64,000 nucleotides of DNA from Blepharisma stoltei ATCC 30299 (GCA_965603825.1 CBFDEM010000014.1:434001-498000), one strand, 5' to 3'; counted from the first letter of the stretch, positions 12,360-24,584 are shown. Numbers and translations are program-made. Notes: generated by a model not told the origin, from the sequence alone.

Positions 12360-13604
12360 ATGTCAATGCAATATGCACCAGCCTGGTCACTTTACGGACG
12401 CAAATCAATGAAAAATCTTAACGATATTCCGGGTCCAGGAACCTATTCACCTAAAGACTCATTCGACTCACCAAATTACAAAATCGGGACAAGCTCAAGA
12501 ACAAATTTTTCCAAAATAAATAGCAATTCTCCTGGCCCAGGAGCCTACAATCCTTTAGAAACAAATTTTTCAACTGTATCTCAAAAATTCGGCTCTAGTT
12601 CTAGGAAAAGTTTGGTTTCTAATAGCAGTATATCGCCAGGGCCAGGAGCTTATGAAAACAACATCACTATTGGTAAAGGACCTCATATTACAATGTCAAG
12701 CCGTCTAGCAAAATTAACCTCTAGCCAAAATTTGCCAGGGCCAGGTCAATATGATGTAAATACCTTTGAAAAAATTATCCCCAAGGCTCCAGGATATTCA
12801 ATGGGATCATCACAAAGAGGCGAAAAATTGTCAGCAAGGTCAAACGATGGCATTCCTGGCCCAGGGACTTACGATAATAAACTTTCTATGACAGATGGTC
12901 CACGCTGAAGATTTGGGAATGACAGAAGAAGCCATTATAAAAAAAATAACAATCCAGGACCTGGATCTTATAACTTTTCAAGCACTTTAGACAGTCAGGG
13001 ATTCAGTATCACTGGGAGGATATCAGATAATAAAGAGCGATCAATTACTCCTGGGCCTGGCGCATATGATCCAAAATTAATTGTGGACACTCCACAATTT
13101 AGCTTGGGGAAAGCAGGTCGGACTGCGAATTCGCAGAAGAAATATATACCTGGGCCAGGCGCATATAATCCAAGCCATTCAGAACCCAATTTTGCATCAG
13201 TTTTTGGATCAGGTAAAAGAACTTCAATAAGCAAATGTTCAGATAACCCAGGCCCAGGTGCCTATTCTGTATCTTCTCAGCCTAATGGCCCAGTTTATTC
13301 AATTAAAGGAAAAAATCAAAACCAAAAATCAAACTATCTGCCAGGGCCTGGCCAGTATAACCCTCAAAAGCAGGATACTTCCTTAGCTTACTCAGTTAGT
13401 CATGCGAACAGAAACTCATTATCATACGCCAAAAATGAAGTGCCGGGTCCAGGTAATTATGATGCAAAATATTCAAGCCAAGTGCCTGAATGGGGATTCG
13501 GCAGTGATAGATGGAAGAAGAAATCTTTTAATGCATCTCCAGGGCCAGGCTATTATGAGATTCGTAATACAATAGGAGAAATACCTTCATATGCTAAAAG
13601 ATAA
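12360..13604 (+). CDS. SHIPPO/ODF3-like PGPGxY repeat microtubule-associated protein
   Basis: About 12 PGPG[ATQSNY]Y repeats; TGA 12906-12908=W joins the ORFs in frame. Confidence 0.9.
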
Positions 13605-13718
13605 ATAATTCATTATATTTATTTTTGAATTTAAAGAGCTATCGTTTTTTATTAAGCATTTAGCGAGTTTACAATTGATGGATAATTAAGATATTTATTT
13701 GTTTAAAAAATTATGATA

Positions 13719-14468
13719 TTAAGAATCCAAAATAAGCTCATCATTTTCTAGTTTTAAAAGCTTTAGAAGTTTTTCGTAATCCCGGGATTTTCCAATAATG
13801 CTTTTCAATTCGTTTAAGCTTATTTTTAGGGTATAAATTAAAGTTTCTCCATTATAAGCGTGAATTCAAGCATTTCTATTTTAAAATTACGATTTCTTTT
13901 TATATACTTCAACATAAAAAAATTTTTCTGATATCATTCCAGTTTTTTTGAATAGGAGCTGCTTTTCTTCCCCATCAATAGGGCTTAATTTTATCCTTTT
14001 ATGATTGAAATTCTTTGTGCTTGAAGTTTTATCACTTGATAACACTGGGCCAATAACATAAGGATATTCGCATCTAAGTGTGATATATTGCTCGTTTTGT
14101 TCACGGTCCTTCCTCAGCTGTTTTATATCATAAGACGATTTTCTGTTGTGCAATCTTTTTCATAGTTCAAAATTATCTGCAGTTATTTGCATCATCTCTT
14201 TTCTTCTAGCCTCTTTATTTAGGCTTTTTATTTCTTTTGATTTATTATGCCTTTTTACAGTTGCTTTATTTGCTCTTTCTGTCATTTTCCCTAAAAGAAT
14301 TTGACTTTCAATTTCAGCTACACTATATCTTTCATCACTTGGCACTTCAGCTTTTTTTAATTTGAGCGTTGGAAGTTCAAAATTTGCAGGAATAAATAAA
14401 TTCGGTAGTGAGTGCATATTTTTTAATTTTTGGATGCATTTATTAAAGCTTTGCTCGTCCCATTTCAT
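13719..14468 (-). CDS. Hypothetical protein
   Basis: TGA 14160-14162=W joins two ORFs; intron 13876-13890 extends the frame to TAA at 13719. Confidence 0.7.
13876..13890 (-). other. 15-nt intron
   Basis: GTAATTTTAAAATAG. Confidence 0.75.
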
Positions 14469-14881
14469 TCTTCTATATTAAATATACAATTTGTATAAAA
14501 AAAATAGTTTGATTAGAAATTTAATTACTGCTATCATTCTTTTTAAATGTTTTGGATTAAAACTGGATTTTGCTAAACACTTTGATCAATAATATTCAAT
14601 ATGTCTCATTAATTGGTAACAAAAAAATATTTTCATCAAATCCATTTTTTCTTGAAATGCTAATTTTATAAACAGCTTTGGTAAAATGTAAAAAACTAGC
14701 TAAGTACTATAGGCAACAACCTTTGATAACCCGAAATCTTTGAGCTGTTAAATTCACAATCAGCAAGACCAAATCGTGCTTTCGTTTAACCAAGCCAGCA
14801 TTTGATTTTACCAAATGGGGATCTTCACAGCCCAAAGAACTGAACTATTTATAACAATATGATATTATCTATTCATAGTAA

Positions 14882-16120
14882 TTAATATTTTTTACTACTT
14901 TCTTCTTTCAATTTGTTCGGTTTTTCGATCAGAAGTTCATATCCATCATATAAAACACTCCCCTTTTTTATCAAATTTTGAGCAACTTCAATATCATCAA
15001 ACTGCACAAAGCCAAAATCTTTTTCTCTTTCTTGTGGAATAGCGACACTTACAACTTGGCCGAATTGAGAGAAGAACTCTTTCAGATCTTCTAATTTGAA
15101 TGATTTAGTAAGATTTGGTATTAAAATAGAGCACATATTTCTTCTACTCACTTTTCGTATTGAATTCATTTGAGCATGAGTATCACCAAAGCGGCTAACA
15201 TCTATTGGGAAGCCTCTTAATTGGCGCTGGTCAATTTTTAATGCTCGTTTTGCAGCATCAGCATCTGTAAACTTAATAAAAGCAAATCCTGAAGATAAAT
15301 TTTTAACATCAATTTTTGTTATTTCTCCAAATATTGAAAAGATTGATCTGAGTTCTTCTTCAGTTATAGTGCTTGGTAAATTCCCTACGTGAATTGTATC
15401 TTCACCGTATTTGGCTATTTCAGAAGGGTCAGATTTAATAGAAACCGAAATAGTTTTTTTTCCTACTTCCTTTCCATCCATGGCTGCTGCTGCTTTTTCA
15501 GCAACTTCTGGTTTGCTGAATTCGATGAAGGCAGTTCCTGGCTTAATTAAAGGATTAGATTCGTCTTTGACAGCGATTTTCTCGATTTTACCAAATTTTT
15601 CAAACAAATATCTGAGGTTCGTTTGCTTTATGGTCACTGGAAGATGCCTTATGTAAATTGTGGATTTATCTATGATATCTTTTGGACGCTTGCTTTCTCC
15701 AGTCTTATTTCAGCTTAAGTTAACTTTGAGAGCCCTGCCATTGAAAATGCGTCCATCTTCTTCAAGAGCCAAAGTATTGTTCTTGGGAGATTCATAAGTA
15801 ATCCAAGCTTTGCCTTTTGACCTACCATCTTCATCTTTTGGAATAGATATCGATTTAATTTTCCCAAATTTTTCGAAGTGCTCCTTTATTTGATCCTCTG
15901 TTGTGTCAAAATTAAAGTTGCCAACATAAAGTTCATCAGTATTATTTCTTTTCTTAACTAATCCTGAGCTGCTTCCATCTTGCCTATCAACATACCCAAA
16001 TGGTCTTAAGATTAATCTTGACTGTATTGTCATTCCGTAAAGAGCAGAATAAAGTCTAAAAGGCTGCACAGACATAAGAAGTCTTTTTGAAAGTCTTAAT
16101 GGATTAGCAAAAAGCTTCAT
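14882..16120 (-). CDS. Four-RRM RNA-binding protein with putative mitochondrial presequence
   Basis: ATG 16120 MKLFANPLRLSKRLL...FRLYS; RNP motifs LYVGNF/KGKAWI, PGTAFIEF, IHVGNL/SGFAFIKF, KDFGFVQF; TGA 15710-15712=W. Confidence 0.85.
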
Positions 16121-16343
16121 ATTTATTCTATTTTCGATTATGAAAATCGTTTTTAGGCTACTTGTATCAAAATTATAAATTTTTGGGCAAGAAATTAGAG
16201 ATACCTTTGGAAAGAGTTTTTTTTTATAAAATCTCAAGCTATGATTTAAATATATATATTCATAAATTCAAATAGCATGGGCTCTATTTTACTTTATTGA
16301 AACTCAATAAAACAAATAATTGATTTTCAAGCATTTCTATAAA

Positions 16344-16775
16344 ATGAACATTGATCAAATGAATAAAGAATTAGAATCATTCAGATATCAACTTGAGGAT
16401 GCGCTAAACAATGGGCAAGTTGAGCAAGCAATCGGAATTATGACTGAGCTTCGAAAAAGAAATGTTGACATTCCAATTTCAATAGAAATACCTGATTACC
16501 CTGTCAATAGCAGCCCATCTTACCAGGATCCTCCATATCAAAATCTTTCTCAAGCTAGAACCCAACAATTTGTTAGTCCTCAAAGTTATAACTCACAGCA
16601 ACACCAACTATATAGCAGTAGTCCCTCAATGGGCAATGCTCCAAGCAGAGAAGAAATTAAAAGTTATTTGGTATCATTTGGCCTAACTCCTATAGATGCT
16701 CAAAGAATCTCAAAGCAAGCAAAAACCATCGATCAAGCTATAGATTTGGCTCAAAAAATTCCCAAAAAGCAATAA
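16344..16775 (+). CDS. Hypothetical protein with Q/S/P-rich linker and UBA-like C-terminus
   Basis: First ATG 16344; C-terminal LVSFGL...AQRI...IDQAIDL. Confidence 0.65.
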   Translation: MNIDQMNKELESFRYQLEDALNNGQVEQAIGIMTELRKRNVDIPISIEIPDYPVNSSPSYQDPPYQNLSQARTQQFVSPQSYNSQQHQLYSSSPSMGNAPSREEIKSYLVSFGLTPIDAQRISKQAKTIDQAIDLAQKIPKKQ

Positions 16776-16881
16776 TCATTGGAATAAATAAGAAATATTT
16801 GATAGATTACTAATTATAGCTAAATCTTTATAATTTGGCAAGAAAACCATTAGCTAGTATATTGAAACTATAAATCTGAAG

Positions 16882-17079
16882 TTATAGGCCTGATTGAGAT
16901 GGTAGGGATTCCAAAGTCTCCTGAAGCTTGCTTATAAGTAAGTCGCATGCGCATTCTATCTTTTTTGCTTCAATAATAAGCTTTTCAACATCTTCTTTTG
17001 TATTGGTAGTTATTGCTAAGTTAAGAGTAATGGACCAGGCATTGAGAGACGATTTTATTTCATTTAACTCTTCTTGCAT
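16882..17079 (-). CDS. Small helical hypothetical protein
   Basis: 65-aa ORF with amphipathic pattern, 21 nt downstream of the CKS1 stop. Confidence 0.55.
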   Translation of the reverse strand: MQEELNEIKSSLNAWSITLNLAITTNTKEDVEKLIIEAKKIECACDLLISKLQETLESLPSQSGL

Positions 17080-17100
17080 ATTTATATATTTTTTAAAGTA

Positions 17101-17397
17101 TTAATTATTATTCTTGATAAATGCTTGAGATTGATGTGCTGTTGGCGCCAATCCAGTCAATGGATCAGTCCCTTTAGGTCTTCTAAACAAAAGAACATGG
17201 GGCTCTGGCCTATGAATTTCATAGTGAACCCAACCTCTGCTTTGCTGAACCCCTAAAGCTCTCCACTCGCTCTCAGTCAAAAGTCTTCCTCTCGGCATTT
17301 TCTTGAAGGTTTGTTTTGGGAGATGAACGTGCCTATATTCATACACGTCGTCATTGTATTTTTCTGAATATTCTATCTCGTTTGGAAAATGAGGCAT
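17101..17397 (-). CDS. CKS1: Cyclin-dependent kinases regulatory subunit
   Basis: [52 protein letters not shown]. Confidence 0.97.
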   Translation of the reverse strand: MPHFPNEIEYSEKYNDDVYEYRHVHLPKQTFKKMPRGRLLTESEWRALGVQQSRGWVHYEIHRPEPHVLLFRRPKGTDPLTGLAPTAHQSQAFIKNNN

Positions 17398-17441
17398 TTA
17401 ATTATAAGCTTTCTAGTTTGCCGCTTAATTTTAATCGAAAA

Positions 17442-18092
17442 ATGTCAGATATCATTTTGCGCGTAAAAAGAAAGCGAGATGAGAAACCAGCAGATATAAT
17501 TGAAATAGAGTCCAAAAAAATAAAATCGGAATCAGTCGATGAAATGTTGTCTAATCTCTCGTTAAATCCCACCAGACTAGTCTTTAAACTCCAGAAGGAT
17601 TCTTTTGAGAAGAGAGCTGAAAATTTCCTTAAGCCTAATCAAGCTGGGACTGTTTTAGAAAACATAAAAACAAACTATATTGCCAATCATAGAGAACGAG
17701 CTAAGCTTGAAAGACTTCAAAAAGCTATTAATTTCAGGATTGATAAAACTATTGAAGGAGAAATGATGGATGGAGTTGTTTACTGCAATGGCAAAGCAAT
17801 GAAACTCTTAAATCCAAATCCAGATGAGATATATGAAGATTATGAGTATGATTGATATAAAATAGAAGAAGTCGGAACTGAAAATAGAAGCTATCAAGAA
17901 GGAATATTGTATTTGAATTCTGATGGAGAAAGCCCACAGTTTAGTGAAGAGTCTGATAGTGAGGATTCTAATCGAGAAAATCATCCTTATCATGATTATC
18001 CTGAAGAGGAAGATGAAAGCTATGGAGGCGAAAGCAGCGAAGAAGAAGCGTCAGATAAAAGCATCGAATATGAGTATGAACTTTCAGACTAA
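17442..18092 (+). CDS. IWR1: IWR1/SLC7A6OS-like RNA polymerase II nuclear import factor
   Basis: N-terminal ILRVKRKRDEKP; C-terminal DSEDSNRENHPYHDYPEEE; TGA 17853-17855=W. Confidence 0.78.
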
Positions 18093-18271
18093 TTTTTGGA
18101 ATAAAATTCCAATACCTGCTTTATTATGTGCATTTTAATGATAATCCAATTTCTAATATAAATAATTGCTAGGTTTAATATATTATGCTAATTGTAGAAA
18201 AATTAATTAAATTAAATTCAAATAATTAAATTACAAAATTATAAATAAAAATAATTAGATAAGCCCCTATA

Positions 18272-18601
18272 ATGCTAGAAGACAATACAAACGTTAAAAG
18301 AAAACAAGAAAAAAAAGAAGAATGCACTGAATTCTACTCTAAAGATATTTATGAAGCAGAAGCTGATTTCGAAGCATTTGGAGCCGAAAAATCAAAAAGA
18401 AGAGTAGAAATGGAAGAAGCCTTAAAAGTGCTTCATAATGATACGAAAAATATGATTCTTCTTGAAGTTTTCAATATTTACCAGCCAGTTAGAAAGTGCA
18501 GAGATGAGATTATCACTAAAATAGGAGAAGTAGACCCTAACTTTTGCGATTGGGTTATAAAGCAAGCCGAGAAAGATAGGCAGCCTGTTGATATTGATTA
18601 A
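18272..18601 (+). CDS. Hypothetical protein
   Basis: 109-aa ORF between AT-rich flanks. Confidence 0.65.
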   Translation: MLEDNTNVKRKQEKKEECTEFYSKDIYEAEADFEAFGAEKSKRRVEMEEALKVLHNDTKNMILLEVFNIYQPVRKCRDEIITKIGEVDPNFCDWVIKQAEKDRQPVDID

Positions 18602-18691
18602 TAAAATAATAAATTAAACATGAAATAAACAAAACAAAAAGTGAAATTTAAAAGACCTTTAAGATAAATTTATTATGGTAAATAATCAAAA

Positions 18692-19519
18692 ATGAGTTTG
18701 CCAATATTTATTAAATCTCTTAGGCGAACTTTATTTAGGTATTCTGGCTTTAGATATGCTTCAACTAGCATTAAATCCTTACAAGATAACGCTTTCCAAA
18801 GCTTTTCAAAAAGAGATAGAAGATTTGAAAGAAAAAACAATAATAAATTCGAGTTAGATAAAAAATCAGCTAAAGAAAATTCTGAAATGAAGGAGGAATC
18901 TAAAGAAATCCAATCTGAAGCAAATAAAAATGTAAAAGATGGCAAAGAAGATAAGCCTGCTAAAAAAGATAAATATTTTTCAGTTTTTGTAGGAAACCTT
19001 TCATGGGATGCGAAAGAAGAGCATGTAGAGTCTCTGTTTTTGCCCTATGGCAAGCCAATTTGAATTTCTTTTCTTAAAGACAACGAAACTGGATACTCAA
19101 AAGGTGCAGCCTTTGTCAAATACAAAGATGAAAAGAAGGCTTTGGCTTCTTTAGAATTGAATGGAAAAGTGCATATGGAGAGAACTCTTCAAGTTAATAT
19201 GGCAAGCGATAAAGAAGCTCTAGAAAAGCATAAAGCAATGATAATAAGTAGGACAAGTTCCACTATATATGTCAGCAACTTGCCATATAAATTAAGAGAT
19301 GAAAATTCATTCAGGGAGCTTTTTTCAAAATGTGGGAAAATAGTTAAGGTGACTTTTCCAAAAGATGAGGATGGGAAATACTTGCATTATGGATTTGTTG
19401 AGTTTGCAAGGCCTCAAAGTGCTAAAATTGCTCTTGGAATAAAAAATCCAATGTATGGGGGAAGAAAATTGAGAATTAAATTAGCAGAATTGAAAGAGGA
19501 AAATAATTATGATGAATAA
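18692..19519 (+). CDS. Two-RRM protein with putative mitochondrial presequence
   Basis: MSLPIFIKSLRRTLFRYSGFRYAST; VFVGNLSW, KGAAFVKY, IYVSNL, HYGFVEF; TGA 19061-19063=W. Confidence 0.85.
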
Positions 19520-19814
19520 ATACTTATTAGAATATAGTAGACGCTCTGAAATATTTAATTATTATAAAATTAATTGTAGGCTTTATTGTTTTTTTTTTGT
19601 TATGAAAATTATATGTCTACTCTAGCCACAGTAAATTTGGTTTCTGACAGAAAATCTCTAAATAGCTGCTCAGTAAGAAAAGGCCAAAATATAATAGATT
19701 TAGCTTAAAAGCTCATAGCCTATAGGCAATGACTTTCCATGAAGAAAATGGACTTTTCGAAATAACTCTTAACATTAAAAATTAATATGGTAAATAATCA
19801 AAATAATCTTTCCG

Positions 19815-20558
19815 ATGTTTATTAAATGCTTTAGACGGTCTCTATTTAAGGCCTCTAACTTCAGATATCTTTCCATTAGCACAAGATCACTTAAAGACAT
19901 TATTTCTAGCAGATCTTCTAAGGCAGGGCCAATTCTGGATATCGATTCCTTTAAATTTGATACAGATGATCCACGAAAACTTGAACCCAAATCAAGAGAA
20001 ATATTCATAGGAAATCTCGACTGAAACACAACAGAAGCTGAAGTTCAAAATTTATTGAAAGGCTATGGTCAAATCACCAGGATCATAATGCATAAAGATG
20101 ACAAAGGGAGAATGATGGGTGCATGCTTCGTCCAATTTTCAAAAGAGACTGAAGCTCTTTATTGTCTTTCATTAAACGATAAAGAATTAAATGGAAGGCG
20201 CCTAAAAGTAAACTTAACATGTGATGAAAAGGTTAAGGATCAATGAAGAAACTTTAAAATAGACAAAACAAAGAGAACTATTTTTATAAACGATGTCATT
20301 CAATCATATATATTGTCCAAAGAATTAGAACAAAGCTTAGAACAGTTTGGGAAATTGATAAAAATGACATACCCCACTTCTTCTGGCGGCGTGACTTTAG
20401 GATATGCATTTGCTGAATTTGAGACATATCAACAAGCAGAAAAAGCTTTAAAGCAAGGAAAGGTTACTATTAGGGGAAAAGACCTCAAAATTCAAAAGAC
20501 GTTTAAAGACATGACCAATCGCCAACTAGAAATGGACATGGGAAAAATTAAAACATAA
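19815..20558 (+). CDS. Two-RRM protein with putative mitochondrial presequence (tandem paralog)
   Basis: MFIKCFRRSLFKASNFRYLS; IFIGNLDW(TGA 20022), GACFVQF, GYAFAEF; second TGA at 20244. Confidence 0.85.
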
Positions 20559-20573
20559 TAATAATAAAATTTT

Positions 20574-21911
20574 ATGCAAAATAAAATTGTGGATACTGAT
20601 AAAAGCCAAGTCAAAGAGTTTGGAGGACCTGTTGGGACTTTTGTCCTCTTCTTATGGTCGCATTATATAATGCTATATTTTTGGCTCAGTCTAGAATTTT
20701 ATGACGGCGGCTTTTTTTATCCATCATCTTTTCAAGAAATTCCTAGTTTCTTCACCACTCATGTTGGAAAGATTATAAGCCATGGCTTACCCACTTGTGA
20801 ATCAATAACAATTCTCTCTGTATTCCTCATTATTGAAACGCTATTTGCTATCTACATGCCAGGGCCTGTCGTCAAAGGTCTCCCAGTTCCCTCTGAAAAT
20901 AACATCCAGCACACATACTATTGCAATGCCTATTCAAGCTGGTATACAACTCTCGCACTTTTAGCCATTCTAAACATCACTGGACTTTTTCCTTTGTCAA
21001 GGATTGTAGAACTTCATGGCCCCTTGATGGTAACGTCAATGATATTCTCAAACATTTTAGCAATCATTATCCACATGACTGCTATTTTGAAGGGAAAACA
21101 AATAAGGATGTCAGGGAACCATTTTTATGATTTCTTTATGGGAGCATGGCTCAATCCAAGAATTGGAAACTTCGACTTAAAGCTGTGGGCAGAAATCAGG
21201 ATCTCGTGGATGCAGCTTTTTATTATTACTTTATCAGCTGCAGTAAAACACTATGAATTAACAGGAGGAGTTTCAGGATCAATGCTCCTTATTTTGTTAG
21301 CTCACTTTTTATATTCTAATGCATGCATGAAAGGAGAAGAGTGTGTAGTCACTACTTGGGATATTTTTTATGAAAAATGGGGGTGGATGCTGATCTATTG
21401 GAACATCGCGGGAGTTCCTTACGTTTATTGTTTCCAATCGCTTTATATACTAAAAAATAATCCACATGTCCCAGCTCCTTTGCTTCTTATTTTTTGTGTT
21501 GCATTATTAGGAGCTTATTATATTTGGGACACTGCACAAGCCCAAAAGAATAGATTTAGAATGAAGTTAAGGGGCACTTATACTCCTAGAAACACTTTCC
21601 CACAATTGCCTTGGGGAACTCTAGAAAATCCAAAATACTTAGACACAGAAGCTGGAGACAAGCTTTTAATTGATGGCTGGTGGAAATATGCAAGAAAAAT
21701 CCACTATACAGCTGACATAGTCATGGCATTCGTGTGGGGTCTAAGTTGCGGTTTTCGAGGCATTCTTCCTTACTTTTATCCTTTCTTTTTCTTCGGAATG
21801 ATCATCCACAGATATAGCAGAGACATCGTAAGATGCAGAAGAAAATACAAGAAAGACTGGGACAAGTACCTTGAAATCGTCAAGTACGCTTTCATCCCAG
21901 GAATTATCTAA
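20574..21911 (+). CDS. ERG4: ERG4/ERG24-family sterol reductase, closest in motifs to delta24(24(1))-sterol reductase
   Basis: EFGG, YDFFMGAWLNPRIG, KGEECVVTTWDIFYEKWGWMLIYWNIAGVP, TFPQLPW, LLIDGWWKYARKIHYTAD. Confidence 0.88.
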   Translation: MQNKIVDTDKSQVKEFGGPVGTFVLFLWSHYIMLYFWLSLEFYDGGFFYPSSFQEIPSFFTTHVGKIISHGLPTCESITILSVFLIIETLFAIYMPGPVVKGLPVPSENNIQHTYYCNAYSSWYTTLALLAILNITGLFPLSRIVELHGPLMVTSMIFSNILAIIIHMTAILKGKQIRMSGNHFYDFFMGAWLNPRIGNFDLKLWAEIRISWMQLFIITLSAAVKHYELTGGVSGSMLLILLAHFLYSNACMKGEECVVTTWDIFYEKWGWMLIYWNIAGVPYVYCFQSLYILKNNPHVPAPLLLIFCVALLGAYYIWDTAQAQKNRFRMKLRGTYTPRNTFPQLPWGTLENPKYLDTEAGDKLLIDGWWKYARKIHYTADIVMAFVWGLSCGFRGILPYFYPFFFFGMIIHRYSRDIVRCRRKYKKDWDKYLEIVKYAFIPGII

Positions 21912-21943
21912 ATAATCCCTCTAGTTTAGAAATAATTTATAAT

Positions 21944-23770
21944 ATGGAGCTCGAACTTTCAGCAGTTATTGGATTTTCAGGGAACGTGATTCAAGGACTT
22001 ATTCTTCACCCCGACAATGAGCATATTATCTATCCCTTAGGCTCAACAATTGTTGTTCGACATATTGTTTCTCGAGTTCAAACTTTCCTTCGCGGCCATG
22101 ATCAGCGAGTATCGTGCATCACCATTTCTAGATCAGGCAATCTTATAGCGAGTGGACAGCAAACTCACATGGGATTTCAGGCTCAAGCAATAATATGGGA
22201 TTTCAATACCAAGCAGCCACTTCAAGTCATCAAACTCCACAAAGTTCTCATCCAGTCCCTTCATTTCTCGCCAAATGAACTCTATTTAGCCTCGCTTGGC
22301 GGCCAAGACGATAATATGCTTGTGATTTGGGATGTAGCGACCGGCAAAGGCTTATGTGGGAGCACAGTTGGCCATGAGCAAGGATTTGAAGTGAAGTTTT
22401 ATAATAGTTCAGACTCAAAACTCATTACAGTGCATAATTTGCTTGTCAAAATTTGGGACGCAGACTATGTCAGCAAAAAATTGAATTTCCAAGCTGTAAA
22501 CTTAGGAAACATCAAAAGGCAAATCCTCAATGTCGTCATTCATCCGAGTGACAGGTTTGCTTATGTAGGAACCCGCACTGGAGACATTTTAGAGCTTAAT
22601 CTAGAAACTGCTTTATACAGAAGGGCTGGACCTGCTAGAAAGCTTTTCTCTCAGGGAGTGCAATGTATGGCATTACTGCCTAATGGGGATTTATTAGTTG
22701 GTGCAGGAGATGGAACATTAGCAAAGCTTGGCAGCCAAAATCTGCAAGTCAAAGTCCAAGCAGAAGTGCTAGGAGGCCCTACTTCGATAAGTTTGACATC
22801 AGACGCAACCCACATGTTTCTCGGGACTTCCCAATCAAATATCTATTTCGTCGACTCTGATGAACTGAAAGCAGAGCTGAGAAACACATGCCATTATGAA
22901 AGAATCAACGACGTTGCCTTCCCATTAAACTATTCAGAAGTTTTTGCAACCTGCTCAATCAACGACATTCGCGTTTGAAATGCAAGAAACCGTCAAGAGC
23001 TCCTAAGAATCCAAGTCCAAAACTTAGAATGCAACTGCATAGGCTTTACCCCAGACGGGAAAAGCATAGTTAGTGGGTGGAATGATGGGAAAATAAGAGC
23101 ATTTTTGCCTCAATCTGGAAGATTAATGTATGTTATCAACGACGCCCATAGGCATGGAGTTACTGCAATCATTTCCGCAAATAACTCAACCAGAATTCTG
23201 TCAGGTGGGATTGAAGGAGAAGTCAGAATTTGGAAAATTGGGAAGCAGACTCAAACTATGGAATCTTCAATGAAAGAGCATAGAGGAAGAGTTTGGGCAA
23301 TCCAAATCAACAAAAATAACGACCTCGCTGTAACTGCCAGCTCTGACGGTTCTTGCATTGTGTGGGACTTAAGATCATTTACAAGAGTCATTTGTTTGTT
23401 CGAAAGCACCATGTTTAAGCAAGTCCTCTATAATCCTGACGAAAGCCAATTGCTAACTACAGGCTCTGATAGAAAAATCACATATTGGGATACTTTTGAC
23501 GGGCAGTCAATCAGAATGCTGGATGGCTCAGAAGAAGGAGAAGTCAATGCCTTGGCGATTACAAGAGAAGGCGACTATTTCGTGTCTGGTGGAGAAGACC
23601 AGAGAGTCAAGCTCTGGAGCTATGATGAAGGTGTCATTTTATATGAAGGAATTGGACACTCTGGAAGCATTAATAAAATAGCCTTTAGTCCAGACCAAAG
23701 AAACATTGTCACTGTTGGCGCTGAAGGAGCTATTTTCATGTGGAATGTTCCACAGGCTAACCCTCAATAA
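21944..23770 (+). CDS. CFAP52: Cilia- and flagella-associated protein 52 (WDR16)
   Basis: LELSAVIGFSG, HIIYPLGSTIV, SLGGQDD, NDIRVW(TGA 22976)N...QELLRI, DRKITYWD.FDG. Confidence 0.93.
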
Positions 23771-23801
23771 CTAAAATTTTAATTGAGAAATTGGATAAAT
23801 T

Positions 23802-24584
23802 ATGTCTGAAGAAGAAATCATACCTTTTGTTTCAAATTTCCCAGAAATGCTAGTTGCAAAGCTGTGGGATGACCCTGAGCCCATCAAGATAATAGGTCCG
23901 CTTGTAGCAGAAGCATTCAAAAGTCTTGATTTAGCTATGCATGAAGAAGATTCAAAGCCTCGAGCAATTATTTCTGAGCTGTTACTTCATACTTATGTGT
24001 TTGGAAAGAAACAAATGACACTTACTGATTCTCAGATCTCAGTTTTGATGCATATTGTATTTGATATCATAAAAAGGCCAGCAATATCTTCAGATTTTAA
24101 CATTGAAAAAGACAGAGATTATTTAAGAAATAGCTTAGTCCCTCACTGCTCAGGATACAGTCCAGTTTTTAACTTATTAGAGCTACAGAAAATATTAGAT
24201 TATCTCGATTTAACTTATTTCGCACACTATAACATGCTAAAATTTTTATTTACTATCAAAAGAGATCAAAAAAACATTGTGATTCAGCCAGATATAGACC
24301 TTCCTTTACCAAAGCCAGCGCATAGTGAAGGAGTATTAAGAGTAATCAAACCGCCTGAGAAATCAGAAGAAATTCCTGAAGGTGCTGAAGAAAATAAAGA
24401 AACCAAAGAAAGCTTGAAAGACAAGCTTTTAAATTCACTTGATGAATCTGTAAGAGTCAAGCTGCTTGAAAAAATAAATGAAGCTAAAGAAAATATGATA
24501 AAGCAGGTCGAGCAAAGGGATAAAAATTTGAAACAAAAATTGGAAGAAATTGAAAAAGAAATGAAGAAAAAGAGAAGAAAATAA
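23802..24584 (+). CDS. CFAP119/CLAMP-domain flagellar protein
   Basis: FNLLELQKILDYLDLTYFAHYNMLKFLFT motif and C-terminal coiled coil. Confidence 0.7.
   Translation: MSEEEIIPFVSNFPEMLVAKLWDDPEPIKIIGPLVAEAFKSLDLAMHEEDSKPRAIISELLLHTYVFGKKQMTLTDSQISVLMHIVFDIIKRPAISSDFNIEKDRDYLRNSLVPHCSGYSPVFNLLELQKILDYLDLTYFAHYNMLKFLFTIKRDQKNIVIQPDIDLPLPKPAHSEGVLRVIKPPEKSEEIPEGAEENKETKESLKDKLLNSLDESVRVKLLEKINEAKENMIKQVEQRDKNLKQKLEEIEKEMKKKRRK

Noticed and set aside
12360-13604. Recurrent CC(A/T)GG(G/C)CC(A/T)GG DNA repeats resembling a spaced array or CRISPR
   Set aside because: They are codons for PGPG protein repeats with synonymous variation and irregular spacing.
14690-14850. Slightly GC-richer patch downstream of the 4-RRM gene, possibly a gene relic
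   Set aside because: No start codon and only weak similarity; cannot be supported.
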